Positions 12,560 through 24,850 of a DNA stretch of 64,000 bases are shown here, piece by piece. The translations under genes were made by a program, and so were the position numbers. The notes beneath the pieces were generated by a model. That model worked only from the letters and a program-made list of their open reading frames with translations, was not told the DNA's origin and did no database searches. Where the stretch lies: assembly GCA_964016885.1 (NCBI GenBank), contig OZ024741.1:174282001-174346000 (forward strand), read 5' to 3'. Positions within the stretch are counted from its first letter, which is position 1, and each line of letters starts with the position of its first letter. This DNA is from Eledone cirrhosa (taxonomy: Eukaryota).

Positions 12560-13640
12560 TAAGTCAGGGGGATTTAAACATTCGCTTCTCCATTTGTAGG
12601 ACATGAGTAACCGATGCGTCAACTTTTGTTTAAATTGACTTTTATTTCCAGAAGTTGAAATACTTTGCTGCGACAATAATATGAACTTTAAAAGTGGTCC
12701 AAAGAGGCTCACTGGCCTCCCTAGGGGGTTCCCTTGCAAAATTCAAGTGATAACGAATGTGTGGTGTTTTATCTTATGGCAGGCAATAACCATTTTGTTT
12801 AGTTTTTGTAAGAATCATCAAGTATAAACTCCCGAGGTGCTTTTTTATTGTGGCAGTTTGAACTTTTATAGGTTAATGAATTGAGCTCATTGTCCCCGGG
12901 GGGTCCTCTTGCTGAATTGAAATGAAAGTAAATGTGCCTCACTCCAAATCTTCATCTGTAGTACATGAATAACAACTAAGTCGAAATTTGTTTTATTGGA
13001 CTACCAATTATCGAAGCTATGACGCTTTGCTGCATCACAATAGCCTAATTCAATAAATGACTTGCCAGGGCTTACTGCCCCCTGGGGGTCCCCTTGCTTG
13101 TTCCAGGTATAGACAGTGTCTTCAACATCATCTTTAGGCAATGGTAACCAATGTGTCCGGTAAAGTTAAAATCGAACGTAAACTTCAAAAGTTATCAGGT
13201 ACTAATACAGTGTTAGTGTGAACTTCAATAGATAGGTCGAAGGGGCTTACTACCCCCTCCCCACACACACACACAGGGGTCCCCTTGATAAGTTCAAGTA
13301 AAAGTTCATGTGTTCACCTTCCTTTATAAGCTATGGGTAACCAATACGTCTCGCTTCGTGAAAACCAAACACCAACTCAAGCAGTTATGACGTTTTGTTG
13401 CATTGATGATATCAACTTCAACATTCATCAAGTCGGTTTACTGCCCACTAAGGGGTCCCCTACCTGAATTTCTGTGCAAGTGCATGCCTGCAAATTTATT
13501 TGTAGGCGATAAGCAAACAAAAGATTAATTTTGGTGAAGATGGGAGGTAAACTGCAGGAATTATGGGGCAGTAGTACTGCTTACTCCAAGTGAGAGGCTT
13601 AAGGGGATTATCTGCCCTTGGGGGCCCACAATCGATGTAC
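12560..13640 (+). repeat. Degenerate ~180 bp tandem array inside the Helitron
   Basis: GGGGTCCCCTTG-like anchor recurs near 12724, 12900, 13085, 13276, 13452, 13620. Confidence 0.65.
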
Positions 13641-14377
13641 GCAAAATAAAATAGCCTACAATGCGTAATGGGACTTCAGAAACCTATGAATGAAATTTGG
13701 TGCAAATCAGTTGTAAAATGTAGAAATGTATGCGGTTACACAGACAGACATGTAAATAAAGTTATTAAACGAAAATGACAGAAGTTATTAAAATAGTAAA
13801 AGTAACTAATTGTTTCTACTTTTGGCACAAGGCCAGCAATTACCCAGTACATTACTGGTACTTTATTTTATCGACCTCGTAAGGATGAAAGGCAAAGTTA
13901 ACCTCGGCGGGATTTGAACTCAGATCGTAAAGGGACGTAACTATGCTGGAAAGCATGTCTGACCCTCTACCGATACTGCCAATTCACGTAAATAATAGTT
14001 AAGATTTAGGCCAGTACATATGTATACGCTGAAGCGTACACACACATACATATACACACACAAATATACACATATCTATAAAGTTATGTTGGTACCACAA
14101 CATCCAGTCCAAACTAAAGAGGTCGTGTAGGTGTCACAACAAAAAACACAGTCCACGCTGTAATGTGGTCGTGTAGGTAATGGTAAAAAGCTCTATTTCC
14201 ACACTGGGCATCCAGCTGTAGAAAACCTGCCAGATAGTCCTATACGAGTGAGACACGGTCACCCGATCAATCTTGCCTCAAGTGGGACAATTCCCGTCTA
14301 ACCCATGCTAGCGTGGAAGAAAGATGTTAAACAATGATGATGATGATGATATATATATATATATATATATATATAAC

Positions 14378-14597
14378 AAAGGAAATGTGGTAAGGAACCA
14401 GGTGGACCATAACACACTAAAGTACCCAATACTTAGGGTAGTAGAGTGGGTAATAGGAACGAGTAGGACCCCGACGGCTGAGCTCAAGCCGTTTCGACGG
14501 CTAATTCTGGACTTTAAAAAAAAAAAAATTTTTTTTTTTTTACTCCAGAAATTGCCGTCGAAACGGCTTGAGCTCAGCCGTCGGGGTCCTACTCGTT

Positions 14598-14600
<3 letters not shown>
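14378..14600 (-). mobile_element. PLE pseudo-LTR end fragment with fold-back
   Basis: Homologous to 35535-35670. 14455-14600 is a palindrome around an A/T run and carries only the 3' half of the hammerhead. Confidence 0.75.
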
Positions 14601-14635
<35 letters not shown>

Positions 14636-14744
14636 CATACATATGTGTTAGGTAATTCCGAAGGAAAAGGAAAGGAAAAAAGAGTGCTCTATGTATAGAA
14701 CAGAGCTATTTAATTAGAAAGTGAACAACACAAAATATAACTAC

Positions 14745-14810
14745 TCCATTACCAAAGGTTTCTGGATCACAGACGATAATAATATATGTCTGGATCAGTC
14801 GTCAGATAGA
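14745..14810 (-). ncRNA. Type I hammerhead ribozyme motif
   Basis: UCUAU-CUGACGA-stem II (GAUCCAGAC/GUCUG-U-GAUC)-GAAA-CC UUU GG-UA|AUGGA; GUA cleavage triplet. Confidence 0.75.
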
Positions 14811-15509
14811 TGTTATAGATAAAAAATATGAAATGAGATTTAAAATCTGTTAAAAATTGGAAGTGAGGCTGGAAAAATAACGGGAAATATACATAAGAAA
14901 AGAAAGGTAAGAAAACTAATAGATAAAAAATATAAAATAAAAATATATATAGCAATATAGAAAAAGACATGTGTACATACATATACACACACATACACAC
15001 ATTCAGATAAAAGGAAAATATATATATATATGTATATATACATACATGTATATTTACACATACATGTACACGGACATACACATATACATACGCATATATA
15101 CAGATGCACACACACATATATAAAAATATATACAGACATACATACAGACATATAGAAATACATATACATACTCACATATATCATATACATATATATATAT
15201 ATACATATACATGCATATATACATATATATGTATATATGGCACAGACACAAGTTGTATAGATACACTAGTCTGCAAAAACATACACATGCAAACACACAC
15301 ACACATATATAAATATATATACAAAATGATATAGAGTTATACATAAATACAATCACATATGCAAAACTACAATACATGCATGTATGTCCAGTGGAAGTAT
15401 AAACAGCTTGGAGCATGCCAAAATACAAATGAACACACGCAGATAACCATACACATAAATACATATATACATACACATATATATATATAAAAAAATATAT
15501 ATATATATG

Positions 15510-15760
15510 TGTTGTTTCCTTGAGCAAGACACTTTATTTCACATTGCTCCAGTTTACTCAGCTGTAGAAATGAGATGATAGGACTGGGGTCCCTATCATT
15601 CCACTGTAAAGTGGATGTGTAGGCACCACGGAAAAAAAAGCACCCAGCACTCACTGTAAATGAGGTGTGTTAGGAAGGGCATCCAGGTGTAGAAATCAAG
15701 CTAGAATCAGTTCCCGTCCCACCCTTGCAAGCAGAGAAAAGCGGACGTAAAATGATGATA
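15510..15760 (+). mobile_element. SINE family B copy with RTE-derived 3' tail
   Basis: Core TTGAGCAAGACACTTTATTTCACATTGCTCCAG; tail CCCACCCTTGCAAGCAGxGAAAAGCGGACGTAAAATGATG. Near-identical copy at 52970-53275(-). Confidence 0.8.
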
Positions 15761-15839
15761 TATACACACACATACATATATACACACACACATATATATA
15801 TATATATATACATATACACATGCACACTTACATATATAT

Positions 15840-16033
15840 GCCAGTTGCAGGAAGACGCAATAGAGGAAGGCCACAAAAACATGGGCGGAGGTGGTGAGAG
15901 CAGACCTCAGATTGCTTAAGCTTACGGTGGAGATGACGAAGGACCATGACAAGTGAAGAGATGATGTGCTGAATAGGACCTGTTCCACCCTTGCAATCAG
16001 GGAAAAGCGGACGTAAAATGATGATGATGATGA
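15840..16033 (+). mobile_element. RTE LINE 3' end
   Basis: GRPQKTWAEVVRADLRLLKLT, then the same tail as SINE B and (ATG)n. Second copy at 57545-57737. Confidence 0.8.
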
Positions 16034-16121
16034 TACATAAAAATATATGTGTTAGGTGATTCCGAAGAGAAAGCAAAGGAAAAAACGAGTGTTCTATGTA
16101 TAGAACAGAGCATTAAAAATA

Positions 16122-16719
16122 TATAAATATTTCGTATCTCCAAAGAAATACGGTTTTAGGAAGCCGTAGCTATGCAAACACCGGGGGGGGGGGGCTAACG
16201 CCCTCTGGTGATGTCCAGCAGAAAAAGACGCTTGTCCCCCCTGCTTCTGCTGGACATCACCAGAGGGCGTTAGCCCCCCCCCCCCCGGTATTTGCATAGC
16301 TACAGCTTCCTAAAACCGTATTTCTTTAGAGATACAAAATATTTATACATATTGTATAAAGCTATGCTTGAAGCAAAATCCTATTTCTTTTCTATTATAA
16401 GTTGAGCCAACTTATGCAGCTTCGTATGCAAATGAGATTAATCACCTCAGTTACACAGACGAGAAAACTATGTATTCTCGCCTGTCTGCTAGTCCAGCAG
16501 TCGCAAGTGGTGGGAGGGACCGTCCTGATGATGGCCAATTAAGCCTGAAATGCATAGATGGTTGTCCCCGTTGCTTCTGCTGGACATCACCAGAGGGCGT
16601 TAGCCCCCTGGTGTTTGCATAGCTACGGCTTCCTAAAACCGTATTTCTTTGGAGATACGAAATATTTATACATATTGTATAAAGCTATGCTTGAAGCGAA
16701 ATCCTATTTCTTTTCTATA
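16122..16719 (+). mobile_element. Retrozyme-like non-coding tandem repeat (~330 bp unit) with 5' fold-back
   Basis: 16227-16395 is repeated at 16557-16719; 16122-16223 is an inverted copy; a hammerhead sits at the unit junction. Confidence 0.65.
16519..16562 (+). ncRNA. Minimal type I hammerhead ribozyme motif
   Basis: ACCGUC-CUGAUGA-U GGC CAAUUAA GCC U-GAAA-UGCA-UA|GAUGGU; palindromic UGCA in stem III. Confidence 0.75.
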
Positions 16720-16744
16720 TAAACATATTTTGTTGTTATGTGCT

Positions 16745-17580
16745 GAAGGCAAAGAAAAAACAAGTGCTCTATGTATAGAACAGAGCTGTAAAAATATTTT
16801 GTTGTTGAAAGTATGTGATAAAGGTCCAGGATGGTAAAATAAGAGAGAATGTTCAGGAAAAGATGAAGTCAAAAAGTGAATAATATGTAAAATAAGTATA
16901 AAATAAAGTAAAATAAAATAAGTGTTGAAAATGTAAAGTAAGAGAGATTGTTCAAGGTAAAAATAAGGGAAAAAAAGAAATGAATAAAATAGGTGTAATA
17001 TAAAATAAGGGCTTAATATAAGTGTTAAATGTGTGATAAAGGTCCAAAGTGTTTAAAGTAAGAGAGAATGTTCAAGGTGTAATATATGATAAGTGTTGAA
17101 TGTGTGAAAAGGAGAGAGTCTTCACGGTGGGTAAGTGTCCAAAATGGTGTTTTGATACTGAGAAAGGAGGTGAGTTCTTATATGTGGGCAACTTTTAAAT
17201 ATCTCAGTATTAGAGTTAAGACAGGTGTTGGGAGATTTCAGATTTTGTAGAATTCTATATTTTTCTGTTATGCACAAGGTACACCTTCTTGTGCCTTTAA
17301 CATATTCTTTTGATTGGTCTAAAATAGACCAATCAATTTCATATGGAATCCCACGCTCTTTCATCTCCCACACTCTATTTGCCAGCGCCGTAGTTTTCTT
17401 TTTATCCTGGTGTCGAAAGGAATCGACGAGTTCATAGTATCTTTTTTTTAAAGGTATCCTGGGTCATGCCCACATAACGTTCTCCAGTAGAAGGTTGGTT
17501 GGTGTGAATAGGTCTTATCAGATTTGATGTTGCATTTGCCTTGCAAAGGACATTCACCTGGGTTTCTGCATACATATATA
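16745..17580 (-). mobile_element. 5'-truncated Penelope-like element (GIY-YIG C-terminus, Hydra-clade-like)
   Basis: VCRNPGECPLQGKC...RYVGMT..TFKKRY...TALANRVWEMKE..IDWSIL...RRCTLCITEKYRIL..CLN..EIFKSCPH; ORF stop at 17122. Confidence 0.8.
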
Positions 17581-17744
17581 TACTTTATAAATAACAATCA
17601 AAGAGTGTTTAAAACATTTAACCACTTACGATCGTTGATTGTTATTTATAAAGTAATATACTGTTATTTTATATTGAGCTATTCTCATACTTGTAATTGG
17701 ATAATATTTAATATTACCCACATTATATATATATATATATAAAT

Positions 17745-19361
17745 AAAATAAAATAACAGGAGGTTGGACTGGTGTAAATCCTTGAAAGGTTTATTATACT
17801 ATGATCATTTCAATGACCGGGTTCCATATGAATCCGGTGATATCATCAGGTATTGGAATATAACAAAGGAATATGTAAAAAACCATGGCTCCGAAAAATC
17901 AGAGACAGAGACAGAGAGGATGACCGACCAACTAGCTGCCTTTACCTCGGCCAGTCGTCCTCAAAGTGGTGGCAACTGAATCCACTATGACCATCCAGTG
18001 AGGGGGCGAAGGCTTATAATGCACTACCACCTCTCCATCAAAGAAAAAGGGGAAGAAAGAAAGGAAGGAAGAAAGAAGAAAAAAGGGAGAAAGAAGTCAG
18101 CGTAAGAGTCACACTACATTCATGCTAGAAAATGCCGCGAAAAAAATGCTACTCCAAAGAATCTATAATGAGTGTCTGTATGGTCTAATGTGTGAACCGA
18201 AGATTGGAACGTTAAACTAAAAATTAAAAATATTAAATTGCAAAATGATAAATTGAAAAATAAATTATTAGAAAATTAAAGGTTAAGTAAGCGAGATTTA
18301 TTTAATGAACTTACGGAGAGAGTCTTATATGAAAAAATTAATCTCGATAAGATATTAGGATGGGATATAGAGTAAAGATTTCGATTGCGAGTCCCAGCCA
18401 GCACCCCAAAAGAATATTAGTAAATCACACATGAGGGGTTTATTTACGTGCCAGTAGAGGCATGATACAGCTAATAGTTATGCCTAAACCTGGAGTTTAT
18501 AGGTATAAGTATAATATGGCGGCCAAAACAGGCGGCACGGTGGGACCGGGGCAAAGCAAGCCGCTCCGAGTAATTTTGTTTACCGAAAGAGGAGAAATTT
18601 ATTTTTCTGAGCACTCAAAGAAGGCTGAACTTTCCAAGTGCCCAGCGTGCAGCCGGGAAAAGCCACCACATAAGTCGAAGGTAGCAACCCAATGAAAAGT
18701 GCAAATAGACCATAATTATTTTAAAGTCCCAGTTAGTCCGGGTTATAAGTAGTGTGGTTCTTAGGTGGGTAGGGGGCTATGAAAGGTGCATAATGACCTG
18801 AGTAAGGAAAGTTACAAAAAAATAATAAAAGCAGGATACAAAGATAAAATACAAATATAAGGATAGAATACATTGATAAAAATACATTAATAAAATAATA
18901 AAAAATTAATAAAGGTAAATAACTAGGGATGTAGAAAGACGGAAGTATATAAGAACGTATCGGAGGAATCACAGTGTAGGGGAAATACAATATAGATCAA
19001 GTTGTAGTAAGATAATACAGGTTGTACATATAGATATAGAGGATGGAGGAGATGGAATGGTAACATGTTGTACCTAGTGTAAAGTTTGGGTTTCCGAATT
19101 CAGTATGAGTCACAAAAAGTCCTGAGGTATAGAGTCAAGAATTCAGTCAATACAATACATGTTTTAGTATAATATGTAGAGTTTTGTCGGAATCGGAATC
19201 ATCCCGACAAGGAAGTAGTATCGGGTGGCGGTAGATAAAGCACAGAGCAGCCAAAATCCGAATGGTAAGTAGATCAGTTAATCCCATCCTGGCAATAGCT
19301 GTACACTGAAGTCAGTGCCGCTGTTCAATATTACATTTTGAAGTGCTCAACATTTTGGAGC

Positions 19362-19370
<9 letters not shown>
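17745..19370 (-). mobile_element. Probable PLE 3' UTR / pseudo-LTR remnant between (TA)n runs
   Basis: Ends with a hammerhead followed by AATAAA; no convincing ORF; family not assignable. Confidence 0.45.
17796..17853 (-). ncRNA. Type I hammerhead ribozyme motif
   Basis: AUAC-CUGAUGA-stem II (ACCGG/CCGGU)-GAAA-UGAUCA-UA|GUAU, immediately followed by AAUAAA. Confidence 0.7.
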
Positions 19371-19397
<27 letters not shown>

Positions 19398-19459
19398 AGT
19401 TATATATATATATAATATGGGTAATATATATATATATATGTGGGTTATATATATATATA

Positions 19460-21680
19460 AGCGAATTAATAAGTAAGGCATGCAAGGAAGCCACAGACAT
19501 AGTCATCAATGTCCCCTCACCCAATGATCTCAAATTAAGACCTATAATAGCAGGCCCCGCTTGCGAAACCCACCGCCTTAGCAACTTCATTGATACCCTT
19601 GTCAAGCCTTTTCTCAAACACATCAAAAGCTATATAAGGGACGACCTAGATATGCTCATTCACCTCCTTAATATGCCCCTTTCTGAACAAACCCTACTAG
19701 TGACGTTCGATGTAGTCAACCTATACTCCAACATCCCCACAACCTAGGAATAGAAGCTATCCAATTCTGGCTGGATAATTACCACAATGAACTCCCACAA
19801 TGCATCAAAAAAGAATTTGTGATCGAGGGACTCAAATTTATCTTGGAGAACAATTACTTCGTTTTCAATAACAAATCCTACAGGCAGAAATCTGGGACCG
19901 CTATGGGAACGAAAACAGCCCCCACTTATGCCAACCAAGTCATGGGATACCTGGAAATCACCCTCTACACTAAAGTACTAAACAAATTTGGAAACACTCT
20001 CCACTTACACATAGTAAAGAACTGGAAGCGATATCTAGATGACTGCTTCATCCTTTGGCACGAAAACATCGAGAAACTTAAAGAATTTCACACCCTTATA
20101 AATGGGCTCAACACGAATATTAACTTTACGATGGAATACAGCCATCAACAACTCCCCTTCCTCGACATCCTCATTAAGATTCATAACAAAAAAATAGAAA
20201 CAGACATATACTACAAGCCCACAGACTCGAAGCAATATCTTCCTTTCAACTCTTGCCACCCTAGACACGTTAAAATTAATATTCCCTACAACTTAGCCAA
20301 TAAAATTAGTCTCCAATAAAAACACCTGTTACTTACGGCTACAAGAACTAAAGGACACACTCATAGGCAGGGACTACCCTGCATCACTAATTGACAATGG
20401 AATCCAACGTGCCCTAAAACTCAGTACCCAGGACCTTAGACACCCTAAAGTAAATCAACCGAAACTAAAAGCTCTTCCATACATCTCCACACACAACCCC
20501 TCAACAATGAGGCCTTTGACACCATCCTCCAGAACATCCCTGTATTGAAAAAGGACCATAGAATGAACCAAATTCTACGAACACACGATATCATAAAGAG
20601 CAAAAGACAATCCAAGTCAATGAAAAACATCTTAACACATGCCAAAGTACTGCCAACCACAACAACGAAACCCACAGTAAAAAAATGCGATAGACCCAAC
20701 TGTGGCATATGCATCAACCTAATAGAGGGTTCGGAATTCTATTTCAAAGAAGGACAACGTTTTATAGTAAAACACAATTTCACATACGCATCAGAAAATC
20801 TAATATATGTATTAACTTGCTCAGGTTGTCGAGAAATATACATAGGCCAGACCAAAAACAGCCTCCGCCAACGCATGACCGTCCATAGATCCCAAATTAA
20901 AATACGGGAATACAGGAAAATACCACTGAGTGAACACATTGATACCTGTGCCGCCCAAAATCATCCCACCTTTAGAATCTTTCCCCTCTACAAATTTAAA
21001 GATAATGCCACCCACACCCAGCGCATCAGCAAGGAATCTCACTTTAACAAATACGGACCCCGTCTAAACACTTCTCCCTAGGATGAACCCACAACATACA
21101 CACGTCAACATACATACCTACATCAGCATACATCCTACATACATCTCTATCCACATATACACACAATGACATACGTAAACACACATGTTCTATGGTGCAA
21201 CACAAATATACACAAATTTGCATACCTTTTGATGTCTATAGATATAAACGTGCCGACACACACACATGCATTGCACACTGATGGGCACATATATATCTGT
21301 ACACAAGTATTCCAATACGGCAGGGCCTAATGGATTCCCCTTGCAGTACGTACAATCTGGGCATTCACACACACCTTGGTGTTATGACAATACTATATAT
21401 AATTTCACCCCTTTTATTATTAATGTTTTTTGATGTTCTTTTGAGAGAATCGTTTTTTGCAAATTACTGAAAATATCGAATAATGTACACCATTTTTACC
21501 AGTATCACAAAAATACTGGTCCACCCACACACGCGTACACTAACATACAAACAGACATATACACACACACTTCTCCGTATAAGACAAGAGCTGAAAAATA
21601 TCTTTCAACATGTTAAAATATCCCCACACACGTACAGACACATTCCTACTGACCGAATCCCTCTACCACGAATCACTCTG

Positions 21681-21726
<46 letters not shown>

Positions 21727-22310
21727 TTATCTTAATAGACATCTGAACTGTTGACCTTTCAACATGACTGCAATTCACACACACATCCCTACTGACCATT
21801 ATCACAACAACGAACCTCTTTACTACACGCACGCACACACACACATATTTGTCTTAAAAGACTTATTTTTCAGTGACTTCTCAATCAGGCGAAAAAGGAC
21901 ACTCTTCGACAAACCTACATTTGGCGCAAAATCAATTTTTAACATTCACGTGACCTCTACTGACCAATCAAAATTGTTTTGACTTCAAGAATTTTTGCAA
22001 CACAAATTGGCGCGAAACTTATAGTACTCATTCACGTGACATTCAACAACCAGACAAATCTTAATACCTCTGGAGCCACTTTTTTCACATAAAACAGGTA
22101 GAATTTCCAAAACTGATCAGATTAGAGCAAACATCACGGGCGCTCTATCTCAAAATTATTTTTGAAAAGCATTAGAAATGCATAACCGGTAAAAACTTAA
22201 AACTAAAACTGAATACTAACCAATACTTATTACTAATTTTTACTTATTCCTAATTAAACTATTTTTCACTGGGAAAAATTTGTCAGCATTTTCTTTTCCT
22301 TTTACTAATA
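19460..22310 (+). mobile_element. Penelope-like element, Neptune-type (RT + GIY-YIG), 5'-truncated and frameshifted
   Basis: LRPIIAG, TFDVVNLYSNIP, YRQKSGTAMGTKTAPTYAN, WKRYLDDCF, PFLDI, DIYYKPTDS, linker CDRPNCGIC, IYVLTCSGCREIYIGQT; coding remnant 19460-21081. Confidence 0.9.
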
Positions 22311-22329
22311 TATATATATATATACAAAT

Positions 22330-22533
22330 AAATTATCGAGAATCGGAATCTCGGCCCACGAAATAACGAAACACAATCTTCGAAATGCATGGCAAAGGGC
22401 TCAATAGTTTGGATATACCAGAGCTATAACTATCGTTTAAATACCAACACATAGAGACAATGCTTAAAATCATTCGCACAACCGAAAAAACGACCAGGAA
22501 AATTCGGGTCACACAATTAATAAATTAATAAAT

Positions 22534-22535
<2 letters not shown>
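22330..22535 (+). repeat. Unclassified ~200 bp dispersed repeat inserted in (TA)n
   Basis: Diverged second copy at 24890-25105; ends in AATAAA. Confidence 0.7.
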
Positions 22536-22593
<58 letters not shown>

Positions 22594-22668
22594 AGAGAGA
22601 GTTATAAACTCAAAATACTCTTTTACAATTAAATAGCTCAAAGAAAGGAATATTTCTCCGAGCCGTGT

Positions 22669-22958
22669 AATACAAATAAATATATGATAGGGATAAACAC
22701 TGATACAAGTATACATGTGTTCGCATTGCAAATGACCAAGTTAGCTAGATTTGAAAAATACTAATTAAAATAATACGGTTTGCCTGTCTCAATTTAAAAT
22801 AATACAGGTTTGTTTTTATTGATTTATTATTTTAAATCGAGATAGGCAAACCGTATTATTTTAATTAGTATTTTTCAATCTAGCTAACTTGGTCATTTAC
22901 AATGCAAACACATGTATACTTGTATCAGTTTTTATCCCTATCATATATTCATTTGTAT
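22669..22958. repeat. Long inverted repeat (~135 bp arms)
   Basis: 22669-22805 is the reverse complement of ~22824-22958 with few mismatches. Confidence 0.9.
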
Positions 22959-23538
22959 ATATATTTATATATAGATACAATTATTACATCGACATTGTTT
23001 GACAATGAAAGATAATCTAATAAGTTGGGCATATAAATCCTGGAGACGGAAAAAATTTGTACATCACTGCCAGGTTTATATTTTTCATAGTCAAACAACA
23101 TCGATGCTTCCAGCTTTCAAATATATATATATAGTATATTTAAAATTACATATCTATACTATAAAGCTGACGGCCGTATGTAAGTAACAAACATTCCGCC
23201 AAGCGGCTGGACCAAACGGCATCAAATTTGTACCATAGATGTAACTTTTTCCAAGTAAGAAAGTGAGAGTACTTTTGTCTACTGAATTTTGTTAAAAGAT
23301 TAAAGACATTATTTAAATATTCACTTCTTTAAAATTTTCAAATGTCAACACTTCCGGTTATACAACATTCCTAACGTCTTCTTGAACCAAAGTATCATCT
23401 TCCTGTTTTCTTTTGGTTGCAAGGTTTTGCAATATTTACTTCTGCATTCACAGATTGATTTTTTAAGTTTCAGAAGATCCCGTTAATGGTGAAAGCAGCA
23501 ATTCTTTGCTTAAACTTTAATCTGTTATTTTAATATAT

Positions 23539-24284
23539 ATAAACGGAAAAAATGAAATGAAATTTCATTTCTCACTCTTAGTACGTCTGTTACTTAAATA
23601 TAAGTATGTATACGTACATACATATATGTATACAGACGTACAGTAGTATGTATATATATATATACATACATGCACATATATATATATGTACGTATGGATT
23701 CACCAAACATTTATTATAATGCTCGATGTGTTTGTAAACAAACATCCCGAATTAAGCCGAACAGTGTCTAGCAACCATCGTTGCTCATTTGTTCAACACT
23801 GACAACGGAACGCTGTACTAGTTTCAAGCTTATTAGCTATCGTCAGCAACGTATACCTTCCTGCCAGATGACTGAACGTCTGAAAGTATATACTTTCCTT
23901 ATGCATATTAACGGCTGAGCAGCCTAATTTGCATATCGAGTGAGTTAATCGGCCGGGCGCACCGAAAACGATAAACGGAAAAAATGAAACGAAATTTCAT
24001 TTCTCAGTCTTAGTACGGCTGTTACTTAAATATAAGTATGTATACGTACATACATACAGACGTACAGTAGTATGTATATATATATACATACATGCACACA
24101 TATATATATATGTATGGTTGCTAGACACTGTACGTCTTAATTCGGGATGTTTGTTTACAAACACACCGAGCATTATAATAAATGTTCGGTGAATCCATAC
24201 GTACATATATATGTGTGCATGTATGTATATATATATACATACTACTGTACGTCTGTATACATATATGTATGTACGTATACATAC

Positions 24285-24315
<31 letters not shown>
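23539..24315 (-). mobile_element. Retrozyme-like non-coding repeat (~432 bp unit, partial tandem plus inversion)
   Basis: ATAAACGGAAAAAATGAA recurs at 23539 and 23971; 24115-24290 is an inverted piece; contains a hammerhead. Confidence 0.7.
23811..23851 (-). ncRNA. Minimal type I hammerhead ribozyme motif
   Basis: CGUUG-CUGACGA-U AGCU AAUA AGCU U-GAAA-CUAG-UA|CAGCG; all core positions intact. Confidence 0.85.
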
Positions 24316-24850
24316 CTAAGGCGGGTAAAATTCCCGAGATCCATGGACGAGTTCTCTCCAGCGGTCTCTGTCCCTCATTATCGCTGCCATATCCTGCATC
24401 TCCAACAGACCAGTGTCTGTCCTTACGGCATCAACATATGTTAACCTTGGTCTTCCTATTCCAGTGTCTCCATGTAGGGGCTCCCAAAGGAGCACTGAGT
24501 GCAATGTCAACTCTGGATGTCGGTGAGCATGTCCAGCCAACCTCAGTCTCCTCTGTGTCACTTTTGAGCTGACTTTTGGGATGCTCCCATACAGCTCTGA
24601 GTTTTTCATCCTCAGTGTATACTGATTAATGTTCAGAGCCATCCTCAGCATTCTCGTGTAGCACCCATCCACCATCTGAGTGAGTTTCTTGGTCAGTGTC
24701 CAAGTCTCAGACCCACACAGCAGCACAGACTCCACTACAGCAATGAAGAGGCGGATTTTCAGGTCTCTACGAAGGTCCGACTTCCACACCGATCTCAAGC
24801 TGTGGCACGCCGCCCAGGCCTTGCTCTTCCTCTCAACCACATCATCTTCC
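24316..24850 (-). mobile_element. RTE-clade LINE C-terminal fragment (second family)
   Basis: KIRLFIAVVESVLLCGSETWTL...RRLRLAGHAHRH...GRPRLTYVD; flanked by (TA)n. Confidence 0.85.

Larger units (their letters stand above)
9873..13800 (-). mobile_element. Internally deleted Helitron
   Basis: 3' end rc CCGGGCAATGCCGGG hairpin then CTAG|T at 9873. Helicase remnant HVIEATILTGCGKGDTVFIPRI (~10790-10870). N-terminal (M)PPKKRT...AAARMEEDD R/A-rich repeats (11170-11620). 5' TC terminus uncertain (13800-14004). Confidence 0.8.
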
